Numbered from the stretch's first letter, positions 39,515-49,520 are shown. The stretch: 64,000 nt of DNA from Gammaproteobacteria bacterium (GCA_965243395.1 CBDEUS010000002.1:960001-1024000); one strand, 5' to 3'. Numbers and translations are program-made. Notes: generated from the sequence alone by a model not told the origin.

Positions 39515-39544
39515 AATGTCCGCTTTGGGTCGTAAACGGACATT
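39515..39544. repeat. Cassette boundary site R5 (best palindrome, at the 5' end of the array)
   Basis: AATGTCCGCTTT-GGGTCG-TAAACGGACATT; pairing extends outward (AATTG...CTAATT). Confidence 0.88.
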
Positions 39545-39566
39545 CTAATTAAGAATAGAATCGGTT

Positions 39567-39611
39567 GCATCGTCCCTGATGGACATCATATTCGCGCTTC
39601 CCTGCGCTCAC
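39567..39611 (-). repeat. Right terminal inverted repeat containing two GGA-loop hairpins
   Basis: GCATCGTCCCTGATGGACATCATATTCGCGCTTCCCTGCGCTCAC. Confidence 0.8.
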
Positions 39612-39680
39612 ATCCCAGCGCTTACTACATATTCTGTGCTCTTGGCCGATGAATAGAATATATTAATTCACTTCTCAGGC

Positions 39681-39706
39681 CTTGAAATAGCTAGGGTTGC
39701 CCCCAT
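39681..39706 (+). promoter_or_regulatory. Sigma-32 heat-shock promoter of clpB
   Basis: CTTGAAA-N13-CCCCAT matches the RpoH consensus; 36 nt upstream of clpB. Confidence 0.85.
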
Positions 39707-39742
39707 CTCAAAGACAAAGTTTATGAATATGGAGTTGTCAGG

Positions 39743-42322
39743 ATGCGCATGGATAAATTAACCACTAATTTCCAGCTTGCTTTGCAAGAGGCGCAGTCTA
39801 TGGCAGTCGGGCAGGATCACCAATTCATTGAGCCTGTTCATTTATTGTTGGCAATGCTGAATCAAGACAACAGTGTGGTGGCATCTCTTTATTTAAGTGC
39901 GGGTGCAGATGTAAATGCAATAAAACAGAAATCACAGGAAATAGTAAATCGTTTGCCTCATGTTTCCGGTACTGCCGGTGAAGTGCATATATCGAATAAC
40001 CTTAGTAATCTATTAAATGTAACCGACAAACTTGCACAACAAAGTGGTGACGATTATATCGCTTCCGAAATGTTTGCGGTTGCAGCGATTGAAGACAAGG
40101 GTGAGCTTGGAAGTTTATTAAAACAGTCAGGTTTAAATAAGCAGCAATTAATATCTGCGCTTGAAAAAATGCGAGCAGGAGAAAGCGTGAACGATCCTAA
40201 TGCAGAAGAAACACGACATGCGCTTGATAAATACACGATTGATTTAACCGAGCGAGCAGAACAGGGCAAGCTTGATCCAGTTATTGGTCGTGATGATGAA
40301 ATTCGCCGTGCGGTTCAAGTTTTACAACGTCGTACTAAAAATAATCCAGTACTAATTGGTGAGCCAGGTGTGGGTAAAACGGCCATTGTAGAAGGTTTGG
40401 CTCTGCGCATCGTGAATGGTGAAGTTCCTGAAGGGATTAAAAACAAAAAACTATTATCACTTGATTTAAGTGCACTCATTGCGGGGGCAAAATTTCGTGG
40501 TGAATTTGAAGAAAGACTTAAAGCAGTATTGAAAGAACTTTCTAAGCAGGAAGGGCAGATCATATTATTTATTGATGAGTTACACACCATGGTAGGCGCA
40601 GGCAAAGCTGAAGGGGCTATGGACGCAGGCAATATGTTGAAACCAGCATTAGCACGAGGGGAGTTACATTGTTTGGGTGCAACTACTTTAGATGAATATC
40701 GACAGTATATTGAAAAAGACGCTGCGCTTGAGCGACGTTTCCAAAAAATAATTGTTGATGAACCCAGTGTTGAAGACACCATCGCAATTTTGCGTGGTTT
40801 AAAAGAACGTTATGAAGTGCATCATGGTGTAGATATCACCGATCCGGCGATTGTCAGTGCGGCCACACTCTCTCATCGTTACATTTCAGATCGACAGTTG
40901 CCGGATAAAGCTATTGACTTGATTGATGAGGCTGCTTCACGCATTCGTATGGAAATCGATTCCAAACCGGAATCAATGGATAAACTGGATCGTAAACTTA
41001 TTCAACTAAAAATTGAGCGTGAGGCATTAAAGAAAGAATCTGATGATGCATCCAAGAAACATTTGGATGAACTTGAAGCCGAAATTCAAAAGCTTGAAAA
41101 AGAATATGCAGATCTAGAAGAAATTTGGCGCGCAGAAAAAAATACCTTGCAAGGTTCGCAGGAAGTGAAAGAAGCGCTTGAGCAAGCGCGCATAGACTTA
41201 GATGCTGCACATCGTGCAGGAGATCTAGCCAAGATGTCGGAATTGCAATATGGAAAGATTCCTGAATTAGAAAAGCAATTACAGTCAGCCAGCGAAGTAA
41301 AGAGTGGTGATAATAAATTACTTCGAAATAAAGTTACGGATGCGGAAGTGGCTGAAATTGTTTCGCATTGGACAGGTATTCCAGTATCTAAGATGTTGGC
41401 GGGTGAGCGTGAAAAATTATTGGAGATGGAATCTGTACTTCGTAAGCGAGTCGTTGGTCAAGATGAAGCGGTGCAAGTCGTTTCAGATGCGGTGCGCAGA
41501 TCCCGTGCAGGTATATCTGATCCCAGGCGGCCCAATGGTTCTTTCTTATTTCTTGGGCCAACAGGTGTAGGTAAAACAGAACTGACCAAAGCTTTAACCG
41601 AATTTTTATTTGATAGTGAAGATGCGCTTATTCGTGTAGATATGTCTGAGTTTATGGAAAAACATTCGGTAGCACGTTTAATAGGTGCGCCTCCGGGTTA
41701 TGTGGGTTATGAAGAGGGTGGATATTTAACTGAAGCGGTAAGACGTAAGCCGTATAGTGTTGTATTACTGGATGAAATTGAAAAAGCACACCCGGATGTT
41801 TTTAATATTTTATTACAAGTCTTAGATGATGGTCGCCTAACAGATGGTCATGGTAGAACAGTTGATTTTAAAAATACTGTCGTCATCATGACGTCTAATT
41901 TAGGGAGTGATGTCATACAAGAGCTTTCATCGGATGCGCAGTATGAAGAAATGAAAGCAGCCGTTATGGAAGTGGTTGCAGCACGTTTCAGGCCCGAATT
42001 TATTAATCGCATTGATGATGCGATTGTGTTTCATCCGCTTGCACAAGAGCATATACGTGCCATTACTGAAATCCAGTTAGAGCACTTGCAAAAGAGACTT
42101 AGTGATCGTGATATCAGATTGTCATTTTCAGATATAGCTTTAGAAAAATTATCTAAAGCTGGATTTGATCCAGTCTATGGTGCAAGACCCCTAAAGCGTT
42201 CAATACAAGAACTCGTCGAGAACCCATTAGCCCAAAAGTTGTTATCAGGTGATATAAAAACGGGCGCAGAGGTGAGCGTTGATGTAAAAAGTGATCAATT
42301 AGAATTTGTTTCGAAATCTTAG
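39743..42322 (+). CDS. clpB: ATP-dependent disaggregase ClpB
   Basis: Two AAA modules ([16 protein letters not shown]), coiled-coil middle domain, [13 protein letters not shown]. Confidence 0.99.
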   Translation: MRMDKLTTNFQLALQEAQSMAVGQDHQFIEPVHLLLAMLNQDNSVVASLYLSAGADVNAIKQKSQEIVNRLPHVSGTAGEVHISNNLSNLLNVTDKLAQQSGDDYIASEMFAVAAIEDKGELGSLLKQSGLNKQQLISALEKMRAGESVNDPNAEETRHALDKYTIDLTERAEQGKLDPVIGRDDEIRRAVQVLQRRTKNNPVLIGEPGVGKTAIVEGLALRIVNGEVPEGIKNKKLLSLDLSALIAGAKFRGEFEERLKAVLKELSKQEGQIILFIDELHTMVGAGKAEGAMDAGNMLKPALARGELHCLGATTLDEYRQYIEKDAALERRFQKIIVDEPSVEDTIAILRGLKERYEVHHGVDITDPAIVSAATLSHRYISDRQLPDKAIDLIDEAASRIRMEIDSKPESMDKLDRKLIQLKIEREALKKESDDASKKHLDELEAEIQKLEKEYADLEEIWRAEKNTLQGSQEVKEALEQARIDLDAAHRAGDLAKMSELQYGKIPELEKQLQSASEVKSGDNKLLRNKVTDAEVAEIVSHWTGIPVSKMLAGEREKLLEMESVLRKRVVGQDEAVQVVSDAVRRSRAGISDPRRPNGSFLFLGPTGVGKTELTKALTEFLFDSEDALIRVDMSEFMEKHSVARLIGAPPGYVGYEEGGYLTEAVRRKPYSVVLLDEIEKAHPDVFNILLQVLDDGRLTDGHGRTVDFKNTVVIMTSNLGSDVIQELSSDAQYEEMKAAVMEVVAARFRPEFINRIDDAIVFHPLAQEHIRAITEIQLEHLQKRLSDRDIRLSFSDIALEKLSKAGFDPVYGARPLKRSIQELVENPLAQKLLSGDIKTGAEVSVDVKSDQLEFVSKS

Positions 42323-42331
42323 CTTTAATAT

Positions 42332-42360
42332 AAGGAGCAACGTATAGTTGCTCCTTTATT
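42332..42360. terminator. Intrinsic terminator between clpB and the convergent gene
   Basis: AAGGAGCAAC-GTATA-GTTGCTCCTT perfect 10-bp stem with an A/T-rich flank. Confidence 0.75.
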
Positions 42361-42376
42361 ACCACATTGCCACATA

Positions 42377-42769
42377 TTAGTGTCTTCGGTTAAAACGTTG
42401 ACCTTTGCGATCAAGCCGACGATCAATGCGATCTCCTTTTCGATCTAATCGATTATCAATGCGATCACCTTTTCGGTCTAATCGATTATCAATGCGGTCT
42501 CCTTTTCTTTCTAGACGATTCGCCAAATGATCTTTACCAGCATCGCGTGCGCGGTCAGCTTTATGATCCAAGCGGTTTTCAATACGATCACCTTTGCGGT
42601 CAAGCCTTCGGTCGACGCGATCACCCTTGCGGTCTAAACGGTTTTCGATACGATCACCTTTGCGATCTAAATGTCGTTCAACCCTATCGCCTTTGTCCGC
42701 ACTTGCTATAGAAGTACCGCCAAGCAATAACACAGCCGAGAAAAGTAGTGCTAAGTTTTTCGTTTTCAT
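42377..42769 (-). CDS. Secreted protein made of 11-residue charged repeats
   Basis: Sec signal ending ASA, then about 8 copies of DRKGDRI(D/E)NRL; upstream GGAG RBS. Confidence 0.8.
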   Translation of the reverse strand: MKTKNLALLFSAVLLLGGTSIASADKGDRVERHLDRKGDRIENRLDRKGDRVDRRLDRKGDRIENRLDHKADRARDAGKDHLANRLERKGDRIDNRLDRKGDRIDNRLDRKGDRIDRRLDRKGQRFNRRH

Positions 42770-42888
42770 ATTCTTTACTCCAGTTGCATGATTTACAGTA
42801 CATACAACGTGTGAGTTAGAATTACGTTGACAGCAGTAGTACTTTATTAGTGTTAGGCCTAATAGAGCGAAATAGCTCTAGAACTTAG

Positions 42889-43734
42889 TCACTTACGTTC
42901 GATCTTTGATGATTTTGAAAGCAAAGTATCAAGAATAGGTGTAGGTAATAGCCTCTTTAGGTAAGCAAATAAAAAGGTTGGAACCGTTACGTAGTATCTG
43001 GTTCTCGGGTTTCTGCTGTTTAATGCAAGCAGCACCTTTTTTGTTACTGCTTCTGGTTCTAATGTAAAGGGTACTGCCGGGCCTTCAGTTTCTAAACGCG
43101 CAATAGTGTCTTGGTACTGATCATGAAAGCGGCTTTTTTTACTTTCAATATTTTTTTGAAATAGTAATAAGCTGTTTTGTCTAAATCGACTGGTAATTGG
43201 GCCCGGTTCAACTATGGATACACGAATATTTGTATTTTTTAATTCTAAACGCAATGTATCGCTGATACCTTCGAGCGCAAATTTAGAGGCAATATAGGCG
43301 CCGCGAAATGGCATGGCAACGAATCCAAGTACAGAACTGATTTGAACAATTCTGCCATAACCTTGTTGATGCATAGCTGGAAGAATTGAATTTGTAAGTT
43401 CGACTAAACCAAATAAATTGGTTTCGAATTGATCTATTAATACACTACGTTGTAAATCTTCTACTGCTCCAGGTTGTCCAAAGCCAGCATTATTAATCAA
43501 TCCGTAAAGTTTTCCATTTGTTTCATTTAATACTGTTTTTACAGCTGATTGGATCGATTCAGAATTTGCAACGTCCAATTGCAAGCTCCTCAATCCAAGA
43601 CTAGAAAGTTTTTCTACATCAGATTGTTTTCTTGCTGAGGCAAATACTTCATAACCGTTTTCTTTTAGTGAATGAGCTAGATGTAATCCAATCCCGGAAG
43701 AGCAACCTGTTATTAAAATATTCTTATCAACCAT
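42889..43734 (-). CDS. Short-chain dehydrogenase/reductase (YbbO-like)
   Basis: TGCSSGIG, NNAG, YIASK catalytic motif. Confidence 0.9.
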   Translation of the reverse strand: MVDKNILITGCSSGIGLHLAHSLKENGYEVFASARKQSDVEKLSSLGLRSLQLDVANSESIQSAVKTVLNETNGKLYGLINNAGFGQPGAVEDLQRSVLIDQFETNLFGLVELTNSILPAMHQQGYGRIVQISSVLGFVAMPFRGAYIASKFALEGISDTLRLELKNTNIRVSIVEPGPITSRFRQNSLLLFQKNIESKKSRFHDQYQDTIARLETEGPAVPFTLEPEAVTKKVLLALNSRNPRTRYYVTVPTFLFAYLKRLLPTPILDTLLSKSSKIERK

Positions 43735-43751
43735 GAAAAATATTCTGACAT

Positions 43752-43786
43752 AAAAAAACCGGACCTCTTTCGAAGCCCGGTTTTTA
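43752..43786 (-). terminator. Intrinsic terminator after the solute-binding protein gene
   Basis: AAAAACCGG...CCGGTTTTT stem with a T7 tail on the minus strand. Confidence 0.75.
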
Positions 43787-43822
43787 TTACACTTAATGTG
43801 TGACTAGATCTTATAGATCATC

Positions 43823-45172
43823 CTATAAGTCAAAATCATCATCATTGTTGTCAGCAGTGCAAGGACGTGCCTCAATCTGGTTGTCCGCAGCATACTGCTC
43901 GGCACCCGCATCAATAATGGCTTGAGATAACGGTACGTCACCTTCAATCCAATCCGATACGATGTTCCACTGACGCTTGCCGGCATCCCATTGCTGGAAT
44001 TTCGCAAGGTGACCGCCTACGTGGTCTAAGCAGGTAAGGTTCAACTCAGGTACAAGACCGGTTGCGCCTAGCTCTTCAATGCGTGCCGCATCTAAACGTA
44101 GGTTCTCAAAGCCCCAGCGTGCTTCCGCTGAAGTCAATGGACGGTTGCCAAAACGTGCTTGGGCAATGCGTAGCGCTTCAGTGTGTACCACACCCGCTAA
44201 TACGCCAAGGTTCCAGTACACAGAGCCTAAACGTGACTTATCTTGTAGGTCTCCGTTTCCAGCGCCATATACAGTCTTGATGATTTCTTGTACGACTGCG
44301 AAGTCGGTGCCTGCAGGGTGGGTGGTAATCGCTTGATAACCATCTGCCGCTTTACCTGCTGGAATCACGTCTTCGTCTGAGTTAGACCAGATGTTGCCGA
44401 TTAGACGGCTTACTGGATAACCGGTACGTACCGCAGTCTGCATCGCTACTGGGTTCATTACACCCCAGCCTCTGAGTAGTACATAGTCAGGCTTAAGTTT
44501 ACGAATGTTCAACCATTGAGATTGTTGTTCGTTACCTGGGTGAGGTACTTCTAGAGGGTGATGCGTACAACCGTGCTTCTCGCACATGCTGTCCATAAAG
44601 TCGATCGCTTCACGACCGTATGGAGATCCGTGATAAAGCATGGCAATTTTCTTGCCTTTCAGGTTGTCACGTCCGCCTTCTAATACGTCACCAATGAAGT
44701 GCACCATAATAGAGTGCTCGTCATAGGTGTTGATGCCAGGCATAAAGTAGTAAGGGAAGATGTCGCCACGCTGTCCCGCGGTCTTACCGTGGTTCACCGC
44801 AATAATGGGCATCTTGTCTTTACGTCCGGTCTCAATCAATGCAGTTGAGATACCTACTGATAATGGGTCAAAGAATACCGCACCACCTTCACGATCTTTT
44901 AATCGCTTGTAGCACTCTACTCCGCGCTCCACTGAATACTCAGTCTCGCACTCTGACCAGATCAGCTTCACGCCATTGACGCCGCCATCTCTTTCATTAA
45001 GTAGGTTGTAGTAGTCTAGGATGCCACCAAAATAACCCGTTCCACCTGCCGCGTATGGTCCTACGCGATAACTTGGAATCGGTACGTACATGGTCTCTTC
45101 GGCTTGTACCGCCGTACTCACCGCTAGCATCGATCCTAATGCCACTACTAACGTTAATAGTTTTTTCTTCAT
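43823..45172 (-). CDS. ABC transporter periplasmic substrate-binding protein, branched-chain amino acid (type 1 PBP) family
   Basis: Signal peptide, YRVGPYA, NERDGGVNGV, ECETEY, LYHGSPYGRE, GWGVMN; strong AGGAGG RBS. Confidence 0.85.
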   Translation of the reverse strand: MKKKLLTLVVALGSMLAVSTAVQAEETMYVPIPSYRVGPYAAGGTGYFGGILDYYNLLNERDGGVNGVKLIWSECETEYSVERGVECYKRLKDREGGAVFFDPLSVGISTALIETGRKDKMPIIAVNHGKTAGQRGDIFPYYFMPGINTYDEHSIMVHFIGDVLEGGRDNLKGKKIAMLYHGSPYGREAIDFMDSMCEKHGCTHHPLEVPHPGNEQQSQWLNIRKLKPDYVLLRGWGVMNPVAMQTAVRTGYPVSRLIGNIWSNSDEDVIPAGKAADGYQAITTHPAGTDFAVVQEIIKTVYGAGNGDLQDKSRLGSVYWNLGVLAGVVHTEALRIAQARFGNRPLTSAEARWGFENLRLDAARIEELGATGLVPELNLTCLDHVGGHLAKFQQWDAGKRQWNIVSDWIEGDVPLSQAIIDAGAEQYAADNQIEARPCTADNNDDDFDL

Positions 45173-45530
45173 GTGTACTCCTCCTGTCCTTCAAGTACAT
45201 GGGTCAAAAAAATAACCACAAGTCTTAAAACAAGGGTTGATTTTGAATCGTGAAAAGTCTTTTCACATCTTGTAAAAAAATAACTTAAGTAGTTATTTTT
45301 TTAGACCACATAGGCTAATAGAAGTTTTAGCCATATATGCCTTACGGGCAGTGTAGCCATTGCGTCGGGGAATGCAAGTTAAATAGATAGTTTGAAATAA
45401 AGTAGATAAGAATATATTAAAATACTAAACGAATTATATTACCCAAATAAAAACATGGTTAAGAAAATTTGTTTATTAAATACTTAAGCTAAATGCTTAA
45501 GTTACGGGCAATTTGTGATTAAACGTAGGC

Positions 45531-45857
45531 TTATGGAATACAACGATACACTGCAAATGTTTGTTGTCCATTATCAATTTTAGAAATCGCAGTTACTGTA
45601 TCGCCCCCCATGTTTACTGAGCTGTTACGCGCCAAAATTTGCAGTTCCTTTGCAATGACTGTGGGTTGACGAGGAACCGTCATTAAAGTGGGTTTAACTT
45701 TTACAGTTGTAGCACCACGTTTTTGGCAGTTCGCAACCTCACCTGCACTTAATACACGGGCTTTTTCGCCACCATGAGTAAGCTTCACAGTTGCACACGC
45801 ATTAAGTGCAAACGCAACTAAAACAGAAAACAAAATAAAATAAATTTTTTTCAGCAT
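45531..45857 (-). CDS. Small lipoprotein (DUF4156-like)
   Basis: Lipobox LNAC, CQKRG...ARN...GGDTV...YRC pattern. Confidence 0.65.
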   Translation of the reverse strand: MLKKIYFILFSVLVAFALNACATVKLTHGGEKARVLSAGEVANCQKRGATTVKVKPTLMTVPRQPTVIAKELQILARNSSVNMGGDTVTAISKIDNGQQTFAVYRCIP

Positions 45858-45932
45858 ATTAAAAAAGCCTTTATAAGATTTTTCCTTATTATACCTATTT
45901 AAATGTTTGGATTATTAGATTGTAGGTTAGTT

Positions 45933-47666
45933 TCAATTGCTTTTAGAATTTTTAATTGTTTCTTCTATAAAGTCTACTAAATTATCGATAGGAATCTGCT
46001 GGGCTTCTTTATCTGTGCGGCCTTTATATTCGATCATTCCGTCGTCTAAGCCGCGATCACTTACAACTATTCGGTGCGGAATGCCAATTAGTTCATGATC
46101 TTTAAACATTAGTCCTACACGAAGATCGCGGTCATCAAAAAATATTTCAATAGCTCTTTGTTTTATGTCTTCATACAAGCGTTCACAAGTTTTTTTCACT
46201 TGGGTAGATTTTTTCATATTGATTGGAATTAATGAGATTTCAAAAGGTGCAATGGCTTGTGGCCAAATAATTCCATATTCATCAAAATTTTGTTCAATCG
46301 CAGCAGCGACTACACGAGTCACTCCGATACCGTAACAACCCATGGTAAGAATTTGCTCTTTACTGTCATCACCTAGCACACTGGCTTTAAGGGCTTGGCT
46401 ATACTTATCGCCTAGCTGAAATATATGTCCTACTTCAATTCCGCGTTTAATCAGCACTGTACCTTTGCCATCTGGGCTTGGATCACCTTCAATTATTTTT
46501 CGAATATCGACACTGTTGGTTTCATCAAATTTTTCAAAGTCTCGCTTCCAATCTACGCCTTTCATATGGAAGCCATCTTCATTTGCACCACAAACAAAAT
46601 CATTTAATGTTGATGCAGCATGATCTATCAGTACAGGACAATTTAGTTTTAAGGGTCCAATAGAACCTGGTTTGCATCCTAATTGTTTTTGTATTTCTGT
46701 CTCACTGGCAAATTCGATAGGGTCTGCAACAGCGGGTAATTTTTGTGCTTTTATAGCATTCAGTTCATGGTCACCACGTATCACAAGAGCTACTAGTGGA
46801 CTACTGCTTCCTTTAACTACGAGTGTCTTGGCAACTTGATCCGCTTTTACTTTTAAAAATTTGCAAACATCTTCGATACTGTGTTGATTAGGTGTGGCTA
46901 TTTTTTCTAAGTCAGATCGAGATTGTGTATCAGATATATTGTCAGATTTGTATACGGGAGCGAGTTCTACATTTGCCGCATAATCGCTCTGAGTAGAAAA
47001 GGCAATTGCATCTTCGCCTGATTCCGCTAATACATGAAATTCATGCGATGCATTACCTCCAATACTGCCGGTATCCGCTTCTACTGCACGAAACTCAAGC
47101 CCTAGACGTGTGAAAATATTTTGATAAGTCGTAAACATTACTTGATAAGTACGTTCCAAACATTTTTTATTTAAGTGGAATGAGTAAGCATCCTTCATGC
47201 TAAATTCACGAGCTCTCATCACACCAAAGCGTGGGCGAATTTCATCACGAAATTTGGTTTGTATTTGATAAAAATTAACCGGTAGTTGTTTATAGCTACG
47301 AATTTCTTTGCGAACAAAGTCTGTGATTACTTCTTCATGAGTCGGGCCATAGCAAAATTCACGATCATGGCGATCATGTATGCGTAATAATTCGGGTCCA
47401 TATTGATCCCACCGTTCTGATTCTTGCCATAACTCAGCAGGTTGTATAGAGGGCATTAAAACTTCTATTGCACCGGACTTATTCATCTCTTCACGAATAA
47501 TATTTTCAACTTTTCGTAAAGTGCGCAGGCCCATAGGCATCCATGTGTATAACCCAGCTGCCAAGCGACGGATCATGCCAGCACGTAACATCAGTTGGTG
47601 GCTGATCACTTCTGCATCGGCTGGAGATTCTTTAAGAGTAGATAAAAAGAACTGACTTACGCGCAT
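45933..47666 (-). CDS. proS: Proline--tRNA ligase
   Basis: [43 protein letters not shown]. Confidence 0.99.
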   Translation of the reverse strand: MRVSQFFLSTLKESPADAEVISHQLMLRAGMIRRLAAGLYTWMPMGLRTLRKVENIIREEMNKSGAIEVLMPSIQPAELWQESERWDQYGPELLRIHDRHDREFCYGPTHEEVITDFVRKEIRSYKQLPVNFYQIQTKFRDEIRPRFGVMRAREFSMKDAYSFHLNKKCLERTYQVMFTTYQNIFTRLGLEFRAVEADTGSIGGNASHEFHVLAESGEDAIAFSTQSDYAANVELAPVYKSDNISDTQSRSDLEKIATPNQHSIEDVCKFLKVKADQVAKTLVVKGSSSPLVALVIRGDHELNAIKAQKLPAVADPIEFASETEIQKQLGCKPGSIGPLKLNCPVLIDHAASTLNDFVCGANEDGFHMKGVDWKRDFEKFDETNSVDIRKIIEGDPSPDGKGTVLIKRGIEVGHIFQLGDKYSQALKASVLGDDSKEQILTMGCYGIGVTRVVAAAIEQNFDEYGIIWPQAIAPFEISLIPINMKKSTQVKKTCERLYEDIKQRAIEIFFDDRDLRVGLMFKDHELIGIPHRIVVSDRGLDDGMIEYKGRTDKEAQQIPIDNLVDFIEETIKNSKSN

Positions 47667-47785
47667 AAAGATATATAGATTGAGTCAATCAGAATTATTA
47701 GTTATTCAAGCTACATAGTAACAAGAAGTCACCACGATCCATATCATGGAGAAAATATAAACAGGGATAATTCAGCTAGCAGAAT

Positions 47786-48235
47786 CTAGCTGCAGAATTC
47801 TTTGACTTGTTCTTCAGTCTCTTCAATTTTAGCTTGGCGTTCTTCTTCGCTCAGCTTGCGGTATACATCACCGTCTTTAACTGTCACTTGGCCACGGCTG
47901 GTGAGGGATTCCATGTTTTTAGTGGCAATTGCACAGTTTTCAGCTTTGATTTTATTGCTCTCTTCTAAAACTTCTTTGTCCAATTCTTTTTGTTTGCGTT
48001 GCTCACGTCGCTCTTCAAATGTACTACCAGAGCTGCTTGAACCAGAATTTGCAGTGGCGACAGAAGTTTTACCAATCTCTTCTTCAAAGACCACCTCAAA
48101 GGGTACCCCTGGTGCAGGAGGAGTTTGGCTATATATGATTCGACCTTCCTCTGTCCACTTATACACAGGTCCAGCATGAGCAGCTGCCAATAATAAGAAG
48201 GTGAAGCAAATCGTAAATAGTGTTTTAGCAATCAT
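47786..48235 (-). CDS. DUF4124-like exported protein
   Basis: Signal peptide, VYKWTEEGRIIYSQTPP, paired C-terminal Cys. Confidence 0.75.
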   Translation of the reverse strand: MIAKTLFTICFTFLLLAAAHAGPVYKWTEEGRIIYSQTPPAPGVPFEVVFEEEIGKTSVATANSGSSSSGSTFEERREQRKQKELDKEVLEESNKIKAENCAIATKNMESLTSRGQVTVKDGDVYRKLSEEERQAKIEETEEQVKEFCS

Positions 48236-48511
48236 CAGTGGTGAAAATCATGTGTCTTTGAACGTATACAGTCTAGCAAAATAAGCCAAATTATGGGGAT
48301 TTCTGGATTTAAGAAAGGCTGGGCGGAGCTATTCGAACGACGAAGCAAGCGATCAAGCAAGGACTTAGATCACACTCTGGTGTACGTAGGTACTTGTTTT
48401 ATAACCATTGTTAACCCAAATTTTTAATGAAATTTCATGAGACTTCGCATGGGCATCTGGTGCTATACTGGCACCTATAAAAAAAAATAATTAGGCTTCA
48501 AAGAGGTCTCC

Positions 48512-49411
48512 ATGGCGGATCGACGATTACAGGTATTTTATACCGTGGCTAAGTTGCTTAGTTTCACGAAGGCAGCAGAAACCCTGCACATGACTCAACC
48601 AGCGGTTACTTTTCAGGTACGTCAGCTGGAAGAGCATTTCAACACTCGTTTATTTGATCGTACTCATAATCGCGTCACATTAACTGAAGCGGGCAGAAAA
48701 TCTTATGAATATGCAGAAGAGATTTTTGAGCTCTATGCTGAAATGGAAAATTCTATTAAAGAGTTAACTGGTGATGTAAGTGGTGTTTTAACGTTGGGAG
48801 CAAGCACGACCATTGCAGAGTACATGTTACCGAGTCTACTCAGTGGTTTTACCAAAGAATATCCAGATATACAGCTGCGCCTTAAAGTTTCTAATACCGA
48901 GGGAATCGTGTCGATGATTGAAAATAGTATGATCGACTTAGGTATTGTTGAAGGACCTGTTACAAATAAAAATTTGTTAGTTGAAGAATGTCGTAAAGAC
49001 TCCTTAGTCGTCATTGTTCCTAAGGATCATGAATTAGCAAGTAGAAGTTCTATCAGTATGGATGAGCTAATGCATTACCCATTTATATGTCGTGAAGAAG
49101 GTTCGGGTACGCGTGATGTGATTATGGAGTACATGCTAAGCCAGGGATTGGATCGAAATAATTTAAATATTAGTTTAGAACTTGGTAGCCCTGAATCAGT
49201 TAAGGGTGCAGTAGAAGCGGGAATGGGTGTTTCAATTGTTTCAAATGTCACAATCGAGAAGGAACTCAAGTTGGATAGCTTATATAAAGTTGATTTGTCT
49301 CCTCAACTTGAAAGACCTTTTTCATTCGTGCGTCAAAGACAAAAATTTAGACTGCATGCAATGGAACAGTTGCTTGACTATGCAAGAGGATATTGCAGTC
49401 CAAACAATTAA
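48512..49411 (+). CDS. LysR-family transcriptional regulator (CysL-like)
   Basis: SFTKAAETLHMTQPAVT HTH, GASTTIAEY, REEGSGTR. Confidence 0.92.
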   Translation: MADRRLQVFYTVAKLLSFTKAAETLHMTQPAVTFQVRQLEEHFNTRLFDRTHNRVTLTEAGRKSYEYAEEIFELYAEMENSIKELTGDVSGVLTLGASTTIAEYMLPSLLSGFTKEYPDIQLRLKVSNTEGIVSMIENSMIDLGIVEGPVTNKNLLVEECRKDSLVVIVPKDHELASRSSISMDELMHYPFICREEGSGTRDVIMEYMLSQGLDRNNLNISLELGSPESVKGAVEAGMGVSIVSNVTIEKELKLDSLYKVDLSPQLERPFSFVRQRQKFRLHAMEQLLDYARGYCSPNN

Positions 49412-49520
49412 GCGGCTTAATTTCAGCAGGCTTTATGATGGTTAGCAAAATCTGTTTCTAATGCTTTGAAGAATTATTCTTCTATCTGTGTACTCTTAAT
49501 AGTATTCCTAGATTTAAAAA

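Larger units (their letters stand above)
37737..39611. mobile_element. Putative gene-cassette element: four ORFs separated by five 30-bp palindromic sites and bounded by 45-bp imperfect inverted repeats
   Basis: Interrupts the usual pgeF-clpB adjacency; repeats and terminal IRs read directly from the sequence; mobility is inferred. Confidence 0.7.

Noticed and set aside
37810-39544. CRISPR array interpretation of the 30-bp palindromic repeats
   Set aside because: The intervening sequences are 300-660 bp whole genes, the repeats are degenerate, and no cas genes are present
37810-39544. Classical integron attC sites or XerCD dif/pdif sites
   Set aside because: Too short for attC, no RYYYAAC...GTTRRRY ends, no intI in the window; the arms do not resemble dif XerC/XerD arms such as TTATGTTAAAT
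37810-39544. Repeats as simple intrinsic terminators
   Set aside because: No U-tracts, they overlap stop codons, and R5 precedes the first gene rather than following one; not formally excluded without transcript data
42594-42791. Arg/Ser-rich repetitive plus-strand ORF
   Set aside because: Antisense reading of the 11-mer repeat gene
48236-48511. Possible ncRNA in the intergenic region between the DUF4124-like gene and the LysR gene
   Set aside because: No recognisable tRNA, riboswitch or stable fold; consistent with divergent promoters
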